From an uncultured SAR116 cluster alpha proteobacterium (lineage in GTDB: Bacteria; Pseudomonadota; Alphaproteobacteria; Puniceispirillales; Puniceispirillaceae), in NCBI GenBank assembly GCA_902625725.1, contig CACOCY010000003.1:146905-210904 (forward strand): a stretch of 64,000 bases of DNA, written 5' to 3'. The notes under the pieces are model-generated. The model saw nothing but the letters and a program-made list of their open reading frames with translations, was not told the origin of the DNA and did no database searches. Shown here in pieces: positions 48,613-57,387 of the stretch (positions are counted from its first letter, which is position 1; each line of letters begins with the position of its first letter). Position numbers and translations under genes: made by a program.

Positions 48613-50115
48613 TTATCCAAGTGTTGGCATTTTAAATTCTGGGTTTTGTCGAAGGCCTGTTGGCCAACGTGTTGTAGTTGTTTTTATTCGCGTATAAAAT
48701 CTTACTCCCTCCATTCCATGCATTGCATGATCTCCGAAAATGGAAGATTTCCAACCCCCGAAACTATGAAACGCCATTGGTACCGGAATAGGAACATTTA
48801 CCCCCACCATACCAACCTCGACATCTTGCATAAAATTTCTTGCCGCGTCCCCATCCCGAGTAAAGATTGCTGTACCATTTGCATATTCGTGGGAATGAAT
48901 TAAGTCTAAAGCCTCTCGGTAGGAATTTTTTCGGACAACTGACAGAACCGGACCAAAAATTTCTTCTCTGTAGCAACTCATGTTTTCTTTAACGTTATCC
49001 AACAAAGTTCCTCCAATGAAAAAGCCATTCTCATACCCTTGTTTATCCTGTTTAAAATTTCTTCCATCTACAACCACATCAGCGCCTTCATTTTCTCCTG
49101 AATCAATGAAGCTAGTGACTTTCTGTAAGTGCTGAGCAGTCACTAGGGGGCCCATTTCGGATGCTGGATCCAACGCAGGTCCAATTTTTAATTCTTCGAT
49201 TTTTGGTTTAAGTTTTTCCACGAGTGCGTCAGCTAAAGCTTCAGTAACAGGCACTGCGACAGACACTGCCATACATCTCTCTCCAGCTGAACCAAAAGCA
49301 GCACCCATCAATGCATTCGTTGCCATTTCCAAATCAGCGTCAGGCATTATTATCATGTGGTTTTTAGCTCCCCCTAATGCCTGAACCCGTTTTCCTTTGG
49401 CTGTGCCTGTTGTATAGATATAGTTTGCGATAGCAGTAGAGCCTACAAAACTTATTGCCTTAACATCTTCATGACCTACCAAGCTATCGACAGCCATTTT
49501 ATCTCCTTGTACTACATTGAAAACTCCGTCTGGAAGTCCTGCCTCCCTTAGCCATTCTGCAATTAAGAGTGAAGCCGAAGGGTCACGCTCTGATGGTTTT
49601 AGTACAAAGCAATTTCCAGTAGCCAGAGCGACAGGGAACATCCACATAGGAACCATAGCTGGAAAATTAAAAGGAGTAATTCCAACGCAAACACCAAGAG
49701 ATTGTCTGATCATATGACTATCTACTCCGCTACCCACATTTTCAGAGAACTCTCCTTTTAGTAGAGTTGGCGCTGCAGTAGCAAATTCTACTACTTCTAT
49801 TCCTCTTGTTACCTCTCCGATGGCGTCATCTAGTGTTTTTCCATGCTCTGATGAAATAACTTCTGCAAGCTGAGTTAACCTTTCCCAAAGGATATTTTTG
49901 AATTTGTCAAGAATTCTTGCTCGTCTGAGTGCTGGTGTTTTAGTCCATTCCGGCCATGCAACGCTAGCCGCCTCAACGGCAGCATTGACATCATCCTCGT
50001 TAGCAAGGATCACTGATTTATCAGCAATTCCTGTTGCAGGATTAAATACATCCTGACGCCTTCCTGAATTACCACTTACGAACTGACCGTTAATAAAATG
50101 AACAATTTCTGACAT
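48613..50115 (-). CDS. mmsA: CoA-acylating methylmalonate-semialdehyde dehydrogenase
   Basis: 500 aa. N-terminus HFINGQFVSGNSGRRQDVFNPATG and catalytic region GERCMA; aldehyde dehydrogenase fold. Confidence 0.88.
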   Translation of the reverse strand: MSEIVHFINGQFVSGNSGRRQDVFNPATGIADKSVILANEDDVNAAVEAASVAWPEWTKTPALRRARILDKFKNILWERLTQLAEVISSEHGKTLDDAIGEVTRGIEVVEFATAAPTLLKGEFSENVGSGVDSHMIRQSLGVCVGITPFNFPAMVPMWMFPVALATGNCFVLKPSERDPSASLLIAEWLREAGLPDGVFNVVQGDKMAVDSLVGHEDVKAISFVGSTAIANYIYTTGTAKGKRVQALGGAKNHMIIMPDADLEMATNALMGAAFGSAGERCMAVSVAVPVTEALADALVEKLKPKIEELKIGPALDPASEMGPLVTAQHLQKVTSFIDSGENEGADVVVDGRNFKQDKQGYENGFFIGGTLLDNVKENMSCYREEIFGPVLSVVRKNSYREALDLIHSHEYANGTAIFTRDGDAARNFMQDVEVGMVGVNVPIPVPMAFHSFGGWKSSIFGDHAMHGMEGVRFYTRIKTTTTRWPTGLRQNPEFKMPTLG

Positions 50116-50297
50116 AGTAATATTCTAATCCCTCTTTCTATAACATATTGACGTTATCTGTTATGCAATACTATACAGCAGAATCAAAGTAAATTTCGCC
50201 ATTATACTCGACTATTTGCTTCTGTTTAATTCTATGCAACAGTATATGAATAGAAATATACTTAAAAAAATTTATTCTTTATCTTGGGTAAATTAGA

Positions 50298-51131
50298 GTG
50301 AAATCTGAAACAGACAAATTAATTTTTTGGGGTACTCGAGGCGGTTTGCCGGCAGGAGAAATTACATCTGCTAAATATGGGCTTGCGACCTGTTGTGTGG
50401 GATTAGTATTATCTGATAGACATATTATTTTCGACGCAGGAAGCGGGATTTCACTTTTTGGAAATAAAATTAATTCAAATGATAAAAAACCAATCGATAT
50501 CTTTATCGGTCATTATCATTATGACCATTTGATTGGATTACCGTTCTTTACTCCTCTTTTTAATAAACATCGAAATATACGCGTATTTCTTCCCAAACTT
50601 GACGATAGGAATGGGATTGATGCAATCGACAAACTTATCTCTCCGCCACTATTCCCAATTTCAAAGGAGATGTTTTCCGAGACTGTAAGCTTCCACAGCT
50701 TTATTCCTGGGAACACGATTAAACTAAATGCAAATTGTTCTGTAGAAACCTCGTTATTCCCTCACCCAGGGCAAAATTGTGGATTTAGATTCAAGAGATT
50801 TGGTAACAAAACACTTTGTTACATATCTGATATCGAGAATAATTCTGAAAATACCCTAGAAAATATAATCGAATTTACTGAAAATGGTGCACATCTTATA
50901 ATCGATAGCTCATATACTCAGGAAGAGCTTAAATCCAGAAGAGGATGGGGACATTTAAGTCTTAACGATATTGAAATTATTGCTGCTAAATTGCCGCAAA
51001 CAAAAATATTTTTATACCATCACGATATATTTAAATCAGACCGTCAGATAGAAGAAGATGCTAAGGGTATTTTATCCAAACATTCCAATGTCAGATTGGC
51101 AAAACAATTCGATACAATTCAACTATCTTAG
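50298..51131 (+). CDS. MBL-fold metallo-hydrolase (HxHxDH)
   Basis: FWGTRGG N-terminus, GHYHYDHLIGLPFF metal motif, and a later GWGH. GTG start. Confidence 0.8.
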   Translation: MKSETDKLIFWGTRGGLPAGEITSAKYGLATCCVGLVLSDRHIIFDAGSGISLFGNKINSNDKKPIDIFIGHYHYDHLIGLPFFTPLFNKHRNIRVFLPKLDDRNGIDAIDKLISPPLFPISKEMFSETVSFHSFIPGNTIKLNANCSVETSLFPHPGQNCGFRFKRFGNKTLCYISDIENNSENTLENIIEFTENGAHLIIDSSYTQEELKSRRGWGHLSLNDIEIIAAKLPQTKIFLYHHDIFKSDRQIEEDAKGILSKHSNVRLAKQFDTIQLS

Positions 51132-51455
51132 AAATTGAAAAAGAGATGTCACACCAAGCTGGAATAGCGGGTCGGACGTGTCAAATTTTCCTCGGATAAA
51201 ACTTTTTGGAATATTTGTAAGTGTGACGGCAACAAGAGCTTGTGCGCCTGCAGATCGCGGGAGATCAGAGAATAATGCCATCTCTCCAAAAACCTCATTG
51301 TCCGATAGCGTGGCAAGAGTTACATCATTACCATTTATTTCTTTCACAATCTGAACCATACCAGATTTAATAAGGAAAAGACTATCCCCAGGGTCACCCT
51401 CTTTAAAAATCCATTCAGCACGTTCAAGAACCAATGTCGAGGGTTTTTCACTCAT
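51123..51455 (-). CDS. Stand-alone cyclic-nucleotide-binding (CNB) domain protein, 110 aa
   Basis: IFKEGDPGDSLFLIKSGMVQIV ... FGEMALFSDLPRSAGAQA is a canonical CNB beta-barrel plus phosphate-binding cassette. There is no output domain. Confidence 0.85.
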   Translation of the reverse strand: MSEKPSTLVLERAEWIFKEGDPGDSLFLIKSGMVQIVKEINGNDVTLATLSDNEVFGEMALFSDLPRSAGAQALVAVTLTNIPKSFIRGKFDTSDPLFQLGVTSLFQFLR

Positions 51456-51853
51456 TCAGCACCTCTGAATCCTAAGTTTTCTTTTGCTTTTTCTATTCGC
51501 TGTAATGTATAATCTGTGACAGCGGTCAAAAATCTGTCTTCAGTCTTAAAACGACTTGTGAATATATTTGCTTCGAAAATATAGATTTTACACTTTTGAC
51601 CTGCGACTGCCCAACAACCCAATGGCACTTTTAGTATTAAATTAGGGGCATTAAGTATTACAGGACCCGTTAGTATACAGGCTGCACTTTTTTTTGATGC
51701 TTTTGAAATCGAAGCCTCATTATCAATCAAATACACTACACCATGTTCTAAAAAATACCCATTATCATCGTCAGGGTCAGGTTGATAGATTACCTCCCCC
51801 TCTTCCACTTGTCTTTGATATTGCATTATATGCTGATAATCTATTTTTGACAC
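51452..51853 (-). CDS. Hypothetical protein with degenerate CNB-like beta-barrel, 133 aa
   Basis: EGEVIYQPDPDDDNGYFLEHGVVYLI resembles the start of a CNB barrel, but the phosphate-binding cassette is not recognisable. ATGA stop/start overlap with the downstream CNB gene. Confidence 0.5.
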   Translation of the reverse strand: MSKIDYQHIMQYQRQVEEGEVIYQPDPDDDNGYFLEHGVVYLIDNEASISKASKKSAACILTGPVILNAPNLILKVPLGCWAVAGQKCKIYIFEANIFTSRFKTEDRFLTAVTDYTLQRIEKAKENLGFRGAE

Positions 51854-52071
51854 TGTAATCTCCTAGGTATTTACAATGTATCAGAAATATTTAATAAAAA
51901 AAGTGGGACTTTAGGAAAATCTTGTTTCTTTCGCAAAAGTGAACCCTTAATTTGGAAAACCAAACTCACAAAAGCTATTTTATGACAAATCACTCAAAAA
52001 CCAGTATTATGGGAACTCAAGCCCCACTTTTAAAAGATATGTTTCCTTATTGTAGTTCTGACGGTTAAAAA

Positions 52072-52416
52072 ATGTTAAATAGCTATCTATTATTAACATT
52101 CGCTATAATTCTTGAAGTAGCAGGAACAATGCTTTTACCATTAACACAAAATTTTACAAAAATCTTACCTACTTTCGCATTGGCAGTTTTTTATATAGGA
52201 TCTTTTTATTGTCTGACCTTCTCTCTAAATCTAATTCCCATTTCGATTGTCTATGCCACGTGGAGTGGTATGGGTATTTTTCTTATAACAATATTAGGAT
52301 ACTTTATTTACCGTGAGACGGTAAATTGGCAAGTTGCAATAGGATTACTTTTGATTATAACCGGGGTAGTTTTGGTTAATATTTACAGTTTTTCCTCTTT
52401 TAAAATTACTTCATAA
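52072..52416 (+). CDS. SMR-family (EmrE/Qac-type) small multidrug transporter
   Basis: 114 aa with four TM segments, conserved membrane Glu in ILEVAGTMLL, and YATWSGMG. Confidence 0.88.
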   Translation: MLNSYLLLTFAIILEVAGTMLLPLTQNFTKILPTFALAVFYIGSFYCLTFSLNLIPISIVYATWSGMGIFLITILGYFIYRETVNWQVAIGLLLIITGVVLVNIYSFSSFKITS

Positions 52417-52574
52417 AAGCCTGTCGGTTTATAAATTTTGAATGACTCGTAATTAATTTTAAAGTCAAAAAGTTCTCTCTTTATAATTACGTGAGTAAAA
52501 AGTTGATGTTTTCCTCTTGTTTGATTACCTTTTACAGTGTAACGATGCTTTTGGGTGTTAGTGAATGGTATTAA

Positions 52575-53255
52575 ATGGATTATGAATTCGAACTAGAAAA
52601 ATTTAACTTCAAATCAAAAACTGAATTATCCAGTTTTAGTGATGCCTGTGAATCAAGATTAAGAGATCGCTTTCATAGTCTTTTTTTTGATTTAAGGACA
52701 ACAGGTTCGAGCGAAGAGAACCTTAACATACTTCAATCTGCGAAAATTATGATTGATAATAAGCCTAGGCGAGCTCTGGATTTAGTTTCAATAGCAGTAG
52801 AACTGGAGCGAATTATTATCTCCTCGACCAATGGAAAGGCGTTGGAAGGGGTAAAAGATTATGTGAAAAATGAAAAAGGCTTTAGAAATGTCAATGAGGA
52901 TCCCAAATCGGGCAGAATTATAATTAAACTACCAAGACTTACTTTTGAAAATAAAATGGAACTCTCTGACGCTATTGATGGAAAATACGGAACTTTTCAG
53001 AAAAATATTACTGGCGTTAAAGCACAAACGGGTACCCAAATTAGAGCAGGTCTTACCAATGAATTTATAGACGGAAAAGAAGCCACAAAAGCTGGAAAAG
53101 AAATTGATTTAATTTTAACACACTATAAAAAATGGGGGCGCACTATTGCTTTGTGCAAACAAAAACTTATTCTCGGTCGAGACTTTAGAGCAACTAAAGA
53201 CGAGGATATTACACTTGAAAAAAATATTAAAAATGTCCTTTACCTATTTCAGTAA
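52575..53255 (+). CDS. Hypothetical soluble protein, 226 aa
   Basis: Clean ORF with coding-like composition. No family recognised. Confidence 0.45.
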   Translation: MDYEFELEKFNFKSKTELSSFSDACESRLRDRFHSLFFDLRTTGSSEENLNILQSAKIMIDNKPRRALDLVSIAVELERIIISSTNGKALEGVKDYVKNEKGFRNVNEDPKSGRIIIKLPRLTFENKMELSDAIDGKYGTFQKNITGVKAQTGTQIRAGLTNEFIDGKEATKAGKEIDLILTHYKKWGRTIALCKQKLILGRDFRATKDEDITLEKNIKNVLYLFQ

Positions 53256-53366
53256 TAAATCTTTATTATAATGTTTCCTAAGCTTAAATTTGAATTATTG
53301 TGATAAAGTATCTCGATAATTTTACTAAAAAATCTTTTCTTTAAGAGTTGTTAAGATCCTGAATTT

Positions 53367-54602
53367 ATGACAATACCTAAACTACTAAGTCATAAACATA
53401 ATGATATTTATTTCTCATGGTTTATAGTTTGCTGCGGTTGTGTTGGAGCAATAAACTTAGCTAAGCTAGCTCCTTCAATGGGAAATTTAATAGATTACTT
53501 TCAAATTTCTTTATCCACCTCTGGTCTGCTTGGAGGCATTTTCTCTATTCTAATGATATTAACAGGGCTTATTGGTGGAATAATCATCACAACATATGGC
53601 CCACGAATAGCTATGCTTTCTGGTTTGATAATAAGTTTTTTTGGATGTGTAGTTCCTTTTATTAATCACAGTATAGTCGGTTTAATGTTTGGACGTGCTC
53701 TTGAGGGATATGGTTTTTTGCTTATAAACTTATCAGCCCCTGTTTTGTTGACGCTGCATACAAACATGAAAATTAGAGGAAAAGTTATGGGAATTTGGGG
53801 CAGTTTTATGCCTGCGGGAAATGCAGCTATTATTCTTATTGCTCCAGTAATTTATTTATTTTCTGACTGGAAATTTTTGTGGCAATTGTCCAGTTTATAT
53901 ACTTTATTAATTTTATTATTAGCGTGTAAAATTGTTCCTCCAGACCCTCCATATCTAAAAATACAGAAAGTAGGAAAACTTTTTCCCAAAATTTTGCAAT
54001 CAATAAAAGATTGGAGAATTTTAATAATCGGAGCTACTTTTGCTTGTCACTCACTCATTTTTTTAGGAAATATGCAATTTTTACCATATTATTTTGAAAA
54101 CATAGTAGATTATAGTCAAAATATATCACATTTATCGACTGCTTCCTATTGTTTGGTTAGCTTTGCTGGGCACCTTTACTGTGGTATCCTTTTAAATAAA
54201 GGGAAAAAACCTCAGGAACTAATAGGATTTGCATTTATAACGTCGGCAATATTTGTCGCACTATTTTTCGGGGTATTTGATAAATTTTTATTTTTTGAAG
54301 AGATACGAATATTAAAATTTTTTGCTATAATGATAGTAGCATTTTTCATGGGTCTAACTCCACCAACAATATTTTTTTTAATGTCTTATATCGAACCGGC
54401 ATCTCGAACGACCCCTATCAACTATGGTTACATGGTTCAGATACAGGCAATTGGAATTTTTGCTGGGTCATTTCTTTACGGTTGGCTTGTCGATGCATCA
54501 GGTAGCTGGACTGTTATTGGATATTTAAGTATTTTAATATCAGTTTTTGGTATTTTGGGAGGATACTTAAGTTCCAAAACAATTGCAATTTCCCCAAAAT
54601 AA
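53367..54602 (+). CDS. MFS transporter
   Basis: 411 aa, about 12 hydrophobic segments, and a GRALEG-type loop motif. Confidence 0.8.
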   Translation: MTIPKLLSHKHNDIYFSWFIVCCGCVGAINLAKLAPSMGNLIDYFQISLSTSGLLGGIFSILMILTGLIGGIIITTYGPRIAMLSGLIISFFGCVVPFINHSIVGLMFGRALEGYGFLLINLSAPVLLTLHTNMKIRGKVMGIWGSFMPAGNAAIILIAPVIYLFSDWKFLWQLSSLYTLLILLLACKIVPPDPPYLKIQKVGKLFPKILQSIKDWRILIIGATFACHSLIFLGNMQFLPYYFENIVDYSQNISHLSTASYCLVSFAGHLYCGILLNKGKKPQELIGFAFITSAIFVALFFGVFDKFLFFEEIRILKFFAIMIVAFFMGLTPPTIFFLMSYIEPASRTTPINYGYMVQIQAIGIFAGSFLYGWLVDASGSWTVIGYLSILISVFGILGGYLSSKTIAISPK

Positions 54603-54649
54603 AAAATATAAAAATATTACGGATTTATTGTGTTTTAGAAATAAATTTT

Positions 54650-55045
54650 ATGTCTGGTGAATTATTTGTAAACGGAGACTGTCATTGTGGTAAAATTAGC
54701 ATATCTGCTAAAATAGATAAAAACACGGTTCGAGCATGTCATTGTACAGATTGCCAAAAGATGAGTGGTGCACCGTTGCGCGCAATTGCTGTCACTTCTG
54801 TTAATAAAATTTCCATTAAAGGAAAACCAAAAGAATATATAAAAATCAGTGATAGTGGGAACAAGAGAATTCAGGCTTTTTGTGGAAATTGTGGCACACA
54901 ACTTTTTGCCACTGATTTAAAGAGGGAGTTTTTCAACTTACGAATAGGGTTTTTAAAACAAAGAGACATACTCGAACCAAAGGAGCATGTTTTCACTAAA
55001 TCATCTTTAAAATGGGTGAGCAACATACTCAAAAAAATGAAATAA
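54650..55045 (+). CDS. GFA-family (glutathione-dependent formaldehyde-activating / CENP-V-like) zinc protein
   Basis: CHCGKISI ... CHCTDCQKMSGAP ... CGNCG cysteine pattern. Confidence 0.85.
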   Translation: MSGELFVNGDCHCGKISISAKIDKNTVRACHCTDCQKMSGAPLRAIAVTSVNKISIKGKPKEYIKISDSGNKRIQAFCGNCGTQLFATDLKREFFNLRIGFLKQRDILEPKEHVFTKSSLKWVSNILKKMK

Positions 55046-55315
55046 AGTGATATCTTAAGTGTTGTACGGTTGCTAATAAAATCAGAGATTACAACTTGTT
55101 TTTTCAAAAAAAACATAAAAAGTTTTGATTTTATTCATGGAAGAGAACGCTGGTCTGCTTTAAACAGAATCAAACATAATTATAGTTTTAAATTGTTGTG
55201 CAAAATAATAAGCAAACTTACTATAATTTTAAAACAATCGATTTAAATAATCCTAAAACTTTTTTAATGAATTTTATTTCGTTTTTATGCCCTGATAGTA
55301 TTGATTTAATAAAAT

Positions 55316-56083
55316 TTAAAAAATCATAAACTGTCTGATTTTTAACATTCGTTTCAAAATTAAAGGAATGATGGCAAAAATTCCATAATATTGAAATAAA
55401 ATAATAAAGTCTTCTTTCAATATAATTATTAAGGATTTTAGGCCTGAAGTACTAGCACCTCCAATGGACATTTTGACTATGGGTTTCATAAGATAAATAA
55501 TCTTTAATTCATTAGAGTTGAGTATTTTAAAAATAAAGTCATAATCAGCTGAGATTTTCAAATCTGTTCTATAGTGACCGAAAGTTTTAAATATTTCTTT
55601 TTTTATAAAAAGAGTTGTGTGAGGCGGCATCCATCCAGTGAAAAGTTTAGTTTTTGTAAAATCTCCAGATATCCAATGCCTGACAATATGACTAGGGTTA
55701 CCTTTGGAATAGAACAACGCGTCTCCATAGGCTAGATCAAATTCGCTTTCCTTTAATTTTAGAGCAGCCATTTCTAATGTATCATCTGATGCAAAAACAT
55801 CGTCCGCGTGGAGAACGCATACATAATTAGCAGTGACTCTTGTAAATGCTTTATTTAATCCATCATAAATACCATTGTCGGTCTCAGATACTAAAGACGC
55901 TGTTTTAAACTGTTCTAAATATTGTTTTATCTTTTCTATCGTTCCATCATTTGAGCCAGCATCTTGAAAGATTACCTCAAAATTTTTATAGCTCTGATTT
56001 ATCAGCGAATCTAAAGTTCTACCAATGCTATCAATTGAATTGTAAGATAGAGTTATCACAGAAAAAAATGGTAAATTCGTCAT
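55316..56083 (-). CDS. Family 2 glycosyltransferase
   Basis: FSVITLSYNS, DAGSNDGT and HADDVF (DxD-like) motifs. Confidence 0.85.
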   Translation of the reverse strand: MTNLPFFSVITLSYNSIDSIGRTLDSLINQSYKNFEVIFQDAGSNDGTIEKIKQYLEQFKTASLVSETDNGIYDGLNKAFTRVTANYVCVLHADDVFASDDTLEMAALKLKESEFDLAYGDALFYSKGNPSHIVRHWISGDFTKTKLFTGWMPPHTTLFIKKEIFKTFGHYRTDLKISADYDFIFKILNSNELKIIYLMKPIVKMSIGGASTSGLKSLIIILKEDFIILFQYYGIFAIIPLILKRMLKIRQFMIF

Positions 56084-56128
56084 GATATTATAAATATTTA
56101 ACTAATTTAAGCAGTTTAAATCCAATAT

Positions 56129-57286
56129 TTACCATTTAGATACGCATGGAATATATTTTAAGTTTGCACGGGAGGAGTATTTTTTTGCTATTTCATAAAC
56201 TTCCTCAACAATACCCTCATCAAGATAAGTTGGTTCAAGCCCAAGTGATAAAAACGAATTATTTTCTACCTCAAGGTCATTCTCTGAAGCTTCTTTTCTT
56301 GGATTTTCTAAATAAGCAATTTTTACTCCTGTTTTGTTGCTTATTAACTCTGCCAAATTTCTTACACGATGAGTCTCACTAACTTGGTTTCTTATCATTA
56401 CTTGCTTTCCATTTACTGGTGGATTAGAGCAAGCTAAAGATATACATTTTACCGTATCAGTAATATGAATGAAAGCTCTTGTTTGACCACCAGTGCCATG
56501 AACTGTTAGAGGATAATTGACCGCAGCCTGCATTATAAAACGATTTAACACTGTTCCATAATCACCATCGTAATCAAACCTATTGATAAACTTTTCATCC
56601 AGCCTTGTTTCAGGTGTTTGTGTCCCCCAAACAATGCCCTGATGTAAATCTGTAATTCTTATACCGTTGTTCTTTGCATAGAATGCAAACATTATTTGGT
56701 CCAACGATTTTGTCATATGATAAGTGCTACCGGGATTAGTTGGATAAATTATTTTCTGGTCAACCAAACCCTTCGAAGGTACATCAAGTTTTACGTTCAG
56801 ATAGCCCTCAGGAATTTTCATTCCTACCGAACTGTAACCATAAACGCCCATCGTTCCCAAATGCACCAAATGAATATCCAAGTCTGACTCAACAATTGCT
56901 GTAAGGAGATTGTGGGTAGATGTTATATTATTATCGACTGTATACCTTTTTGTTTTTGAGTTTTTCATTGAATAAGGAGCTGCCCTTTGCTCTGCAAAAT
57001 GAACGATATTATCTGGCTGGAAATCATTAATAACTCTCAGCAAAGAATAATATTCTGAAAAAATATCAATATTTTGAAAATTAATTTTGTGATTTGAACT
57101 ATGATTCCAGACCATCAACCTTTCTTCTATGGAGGCTATGGGCGTGAGTGACTCAACACCTAATTCTATATCAATTTTTCTTCTGCTGAGGTTATCTATA
57201 ATTAAGACATCATGCCCTTGAACTGATAAATGAAGTGCTGTTGGCCATCCACAGAATCCATCACCACCTAATACAATAGTGCGCAT
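56129..57286 (-). CDS. sqdB: UDP-sulfoquinovose synthase (SQD1/SqdB/Agl3 type extended SDR)
   Basis: Nearly continuous motif agreement with SqdB as I recall it: VLGGDGFCGWPTALHLS, DNLSRRKID.ELGV.SLTPI, HFAEQRAAPYSMK, HLVHLGTMGVYGY, YHMTK, ITDLHQGIVWGT, NRFDYDGDYGTVLNRF, PLTVHGTGGQTRAFIHI, NPRKEA.EN. Confidence 0.85.
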   Translation of the reverse strand: MRTIVLGGDGFCGWPTALHLSVQGHDVLIIDNLSRRKIDIELGVESLTPIASIEERLMVWNHSSNHKINFQNIDIFSEYYSLLRVINDFQPDNIVHFAEQRAAPYSMKNSKTKRYTVDNNITSTHNLLTAIVESDLDIHLVHLGTMGVYGYSSVGMKIPEGYLNVKLDVPSKGLVDQKIIYPTNPGSTYHMTKSLDQIMFAFYAKNNGIRITDLHQGIVWGTQTPETRLDEKFINRFDYDGDYGTVLNRFIMQAAVNYPLTVHGTGGQTRAFIHITDTVKCISLACSNPPVNGKQVMIRNQVSETHRVRNLAELISNKTGVKIAYLENPRKEASENDLEVENNSFLSLGLEPTYLDEGIVEEVYEIAKKYSSRANLKYIPCVSKW

Positions 57287-57387
57287 TTGAACCTTTCTAA
57301 GGCAATTAATTACAAGATTTTAATATAGATATCCGAATAAAAGATAAACGTCATCATTTATTTATTAATAATATTATTAGAATAATA

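Noticed and set aside
48515-48976. ORFs 48515-48697 (+), 48646-48903 (+) and 48764-48976 (-) around the mmsA 3' end.
   Set aside because: They overlap the strongly supported mmsA frame or the convergent spacer. They have no motifs and odd composition (Cys/Trp/Gly-rich).
51854-52071. Possible guanidine riboswitch or MITE upstream of the SMR gene. There is a 9-bp inverted repeat, AAAAGTGGG (51899-51907) / CCCACTTTT (52023-52031), 115 nt apart.
   Set aside because: The SMR protein looks EmrE/Qac-type rather than Gdx-type. I see no ykkC or mini-ykkC (ACGR loop) features. A single 9-bp A/T-heavy inverted repeat, with no second copy in the window and no clear target-site duplication, is not enough for a MITE call.
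54662-55116. Minus-strand ORFs 54662-54901 and 54871-55116.
   Set aside because: They lie antisense to, or overlap, the well-supported GFA-family gene, and their hydrophobic low-complexity products are uninformative.
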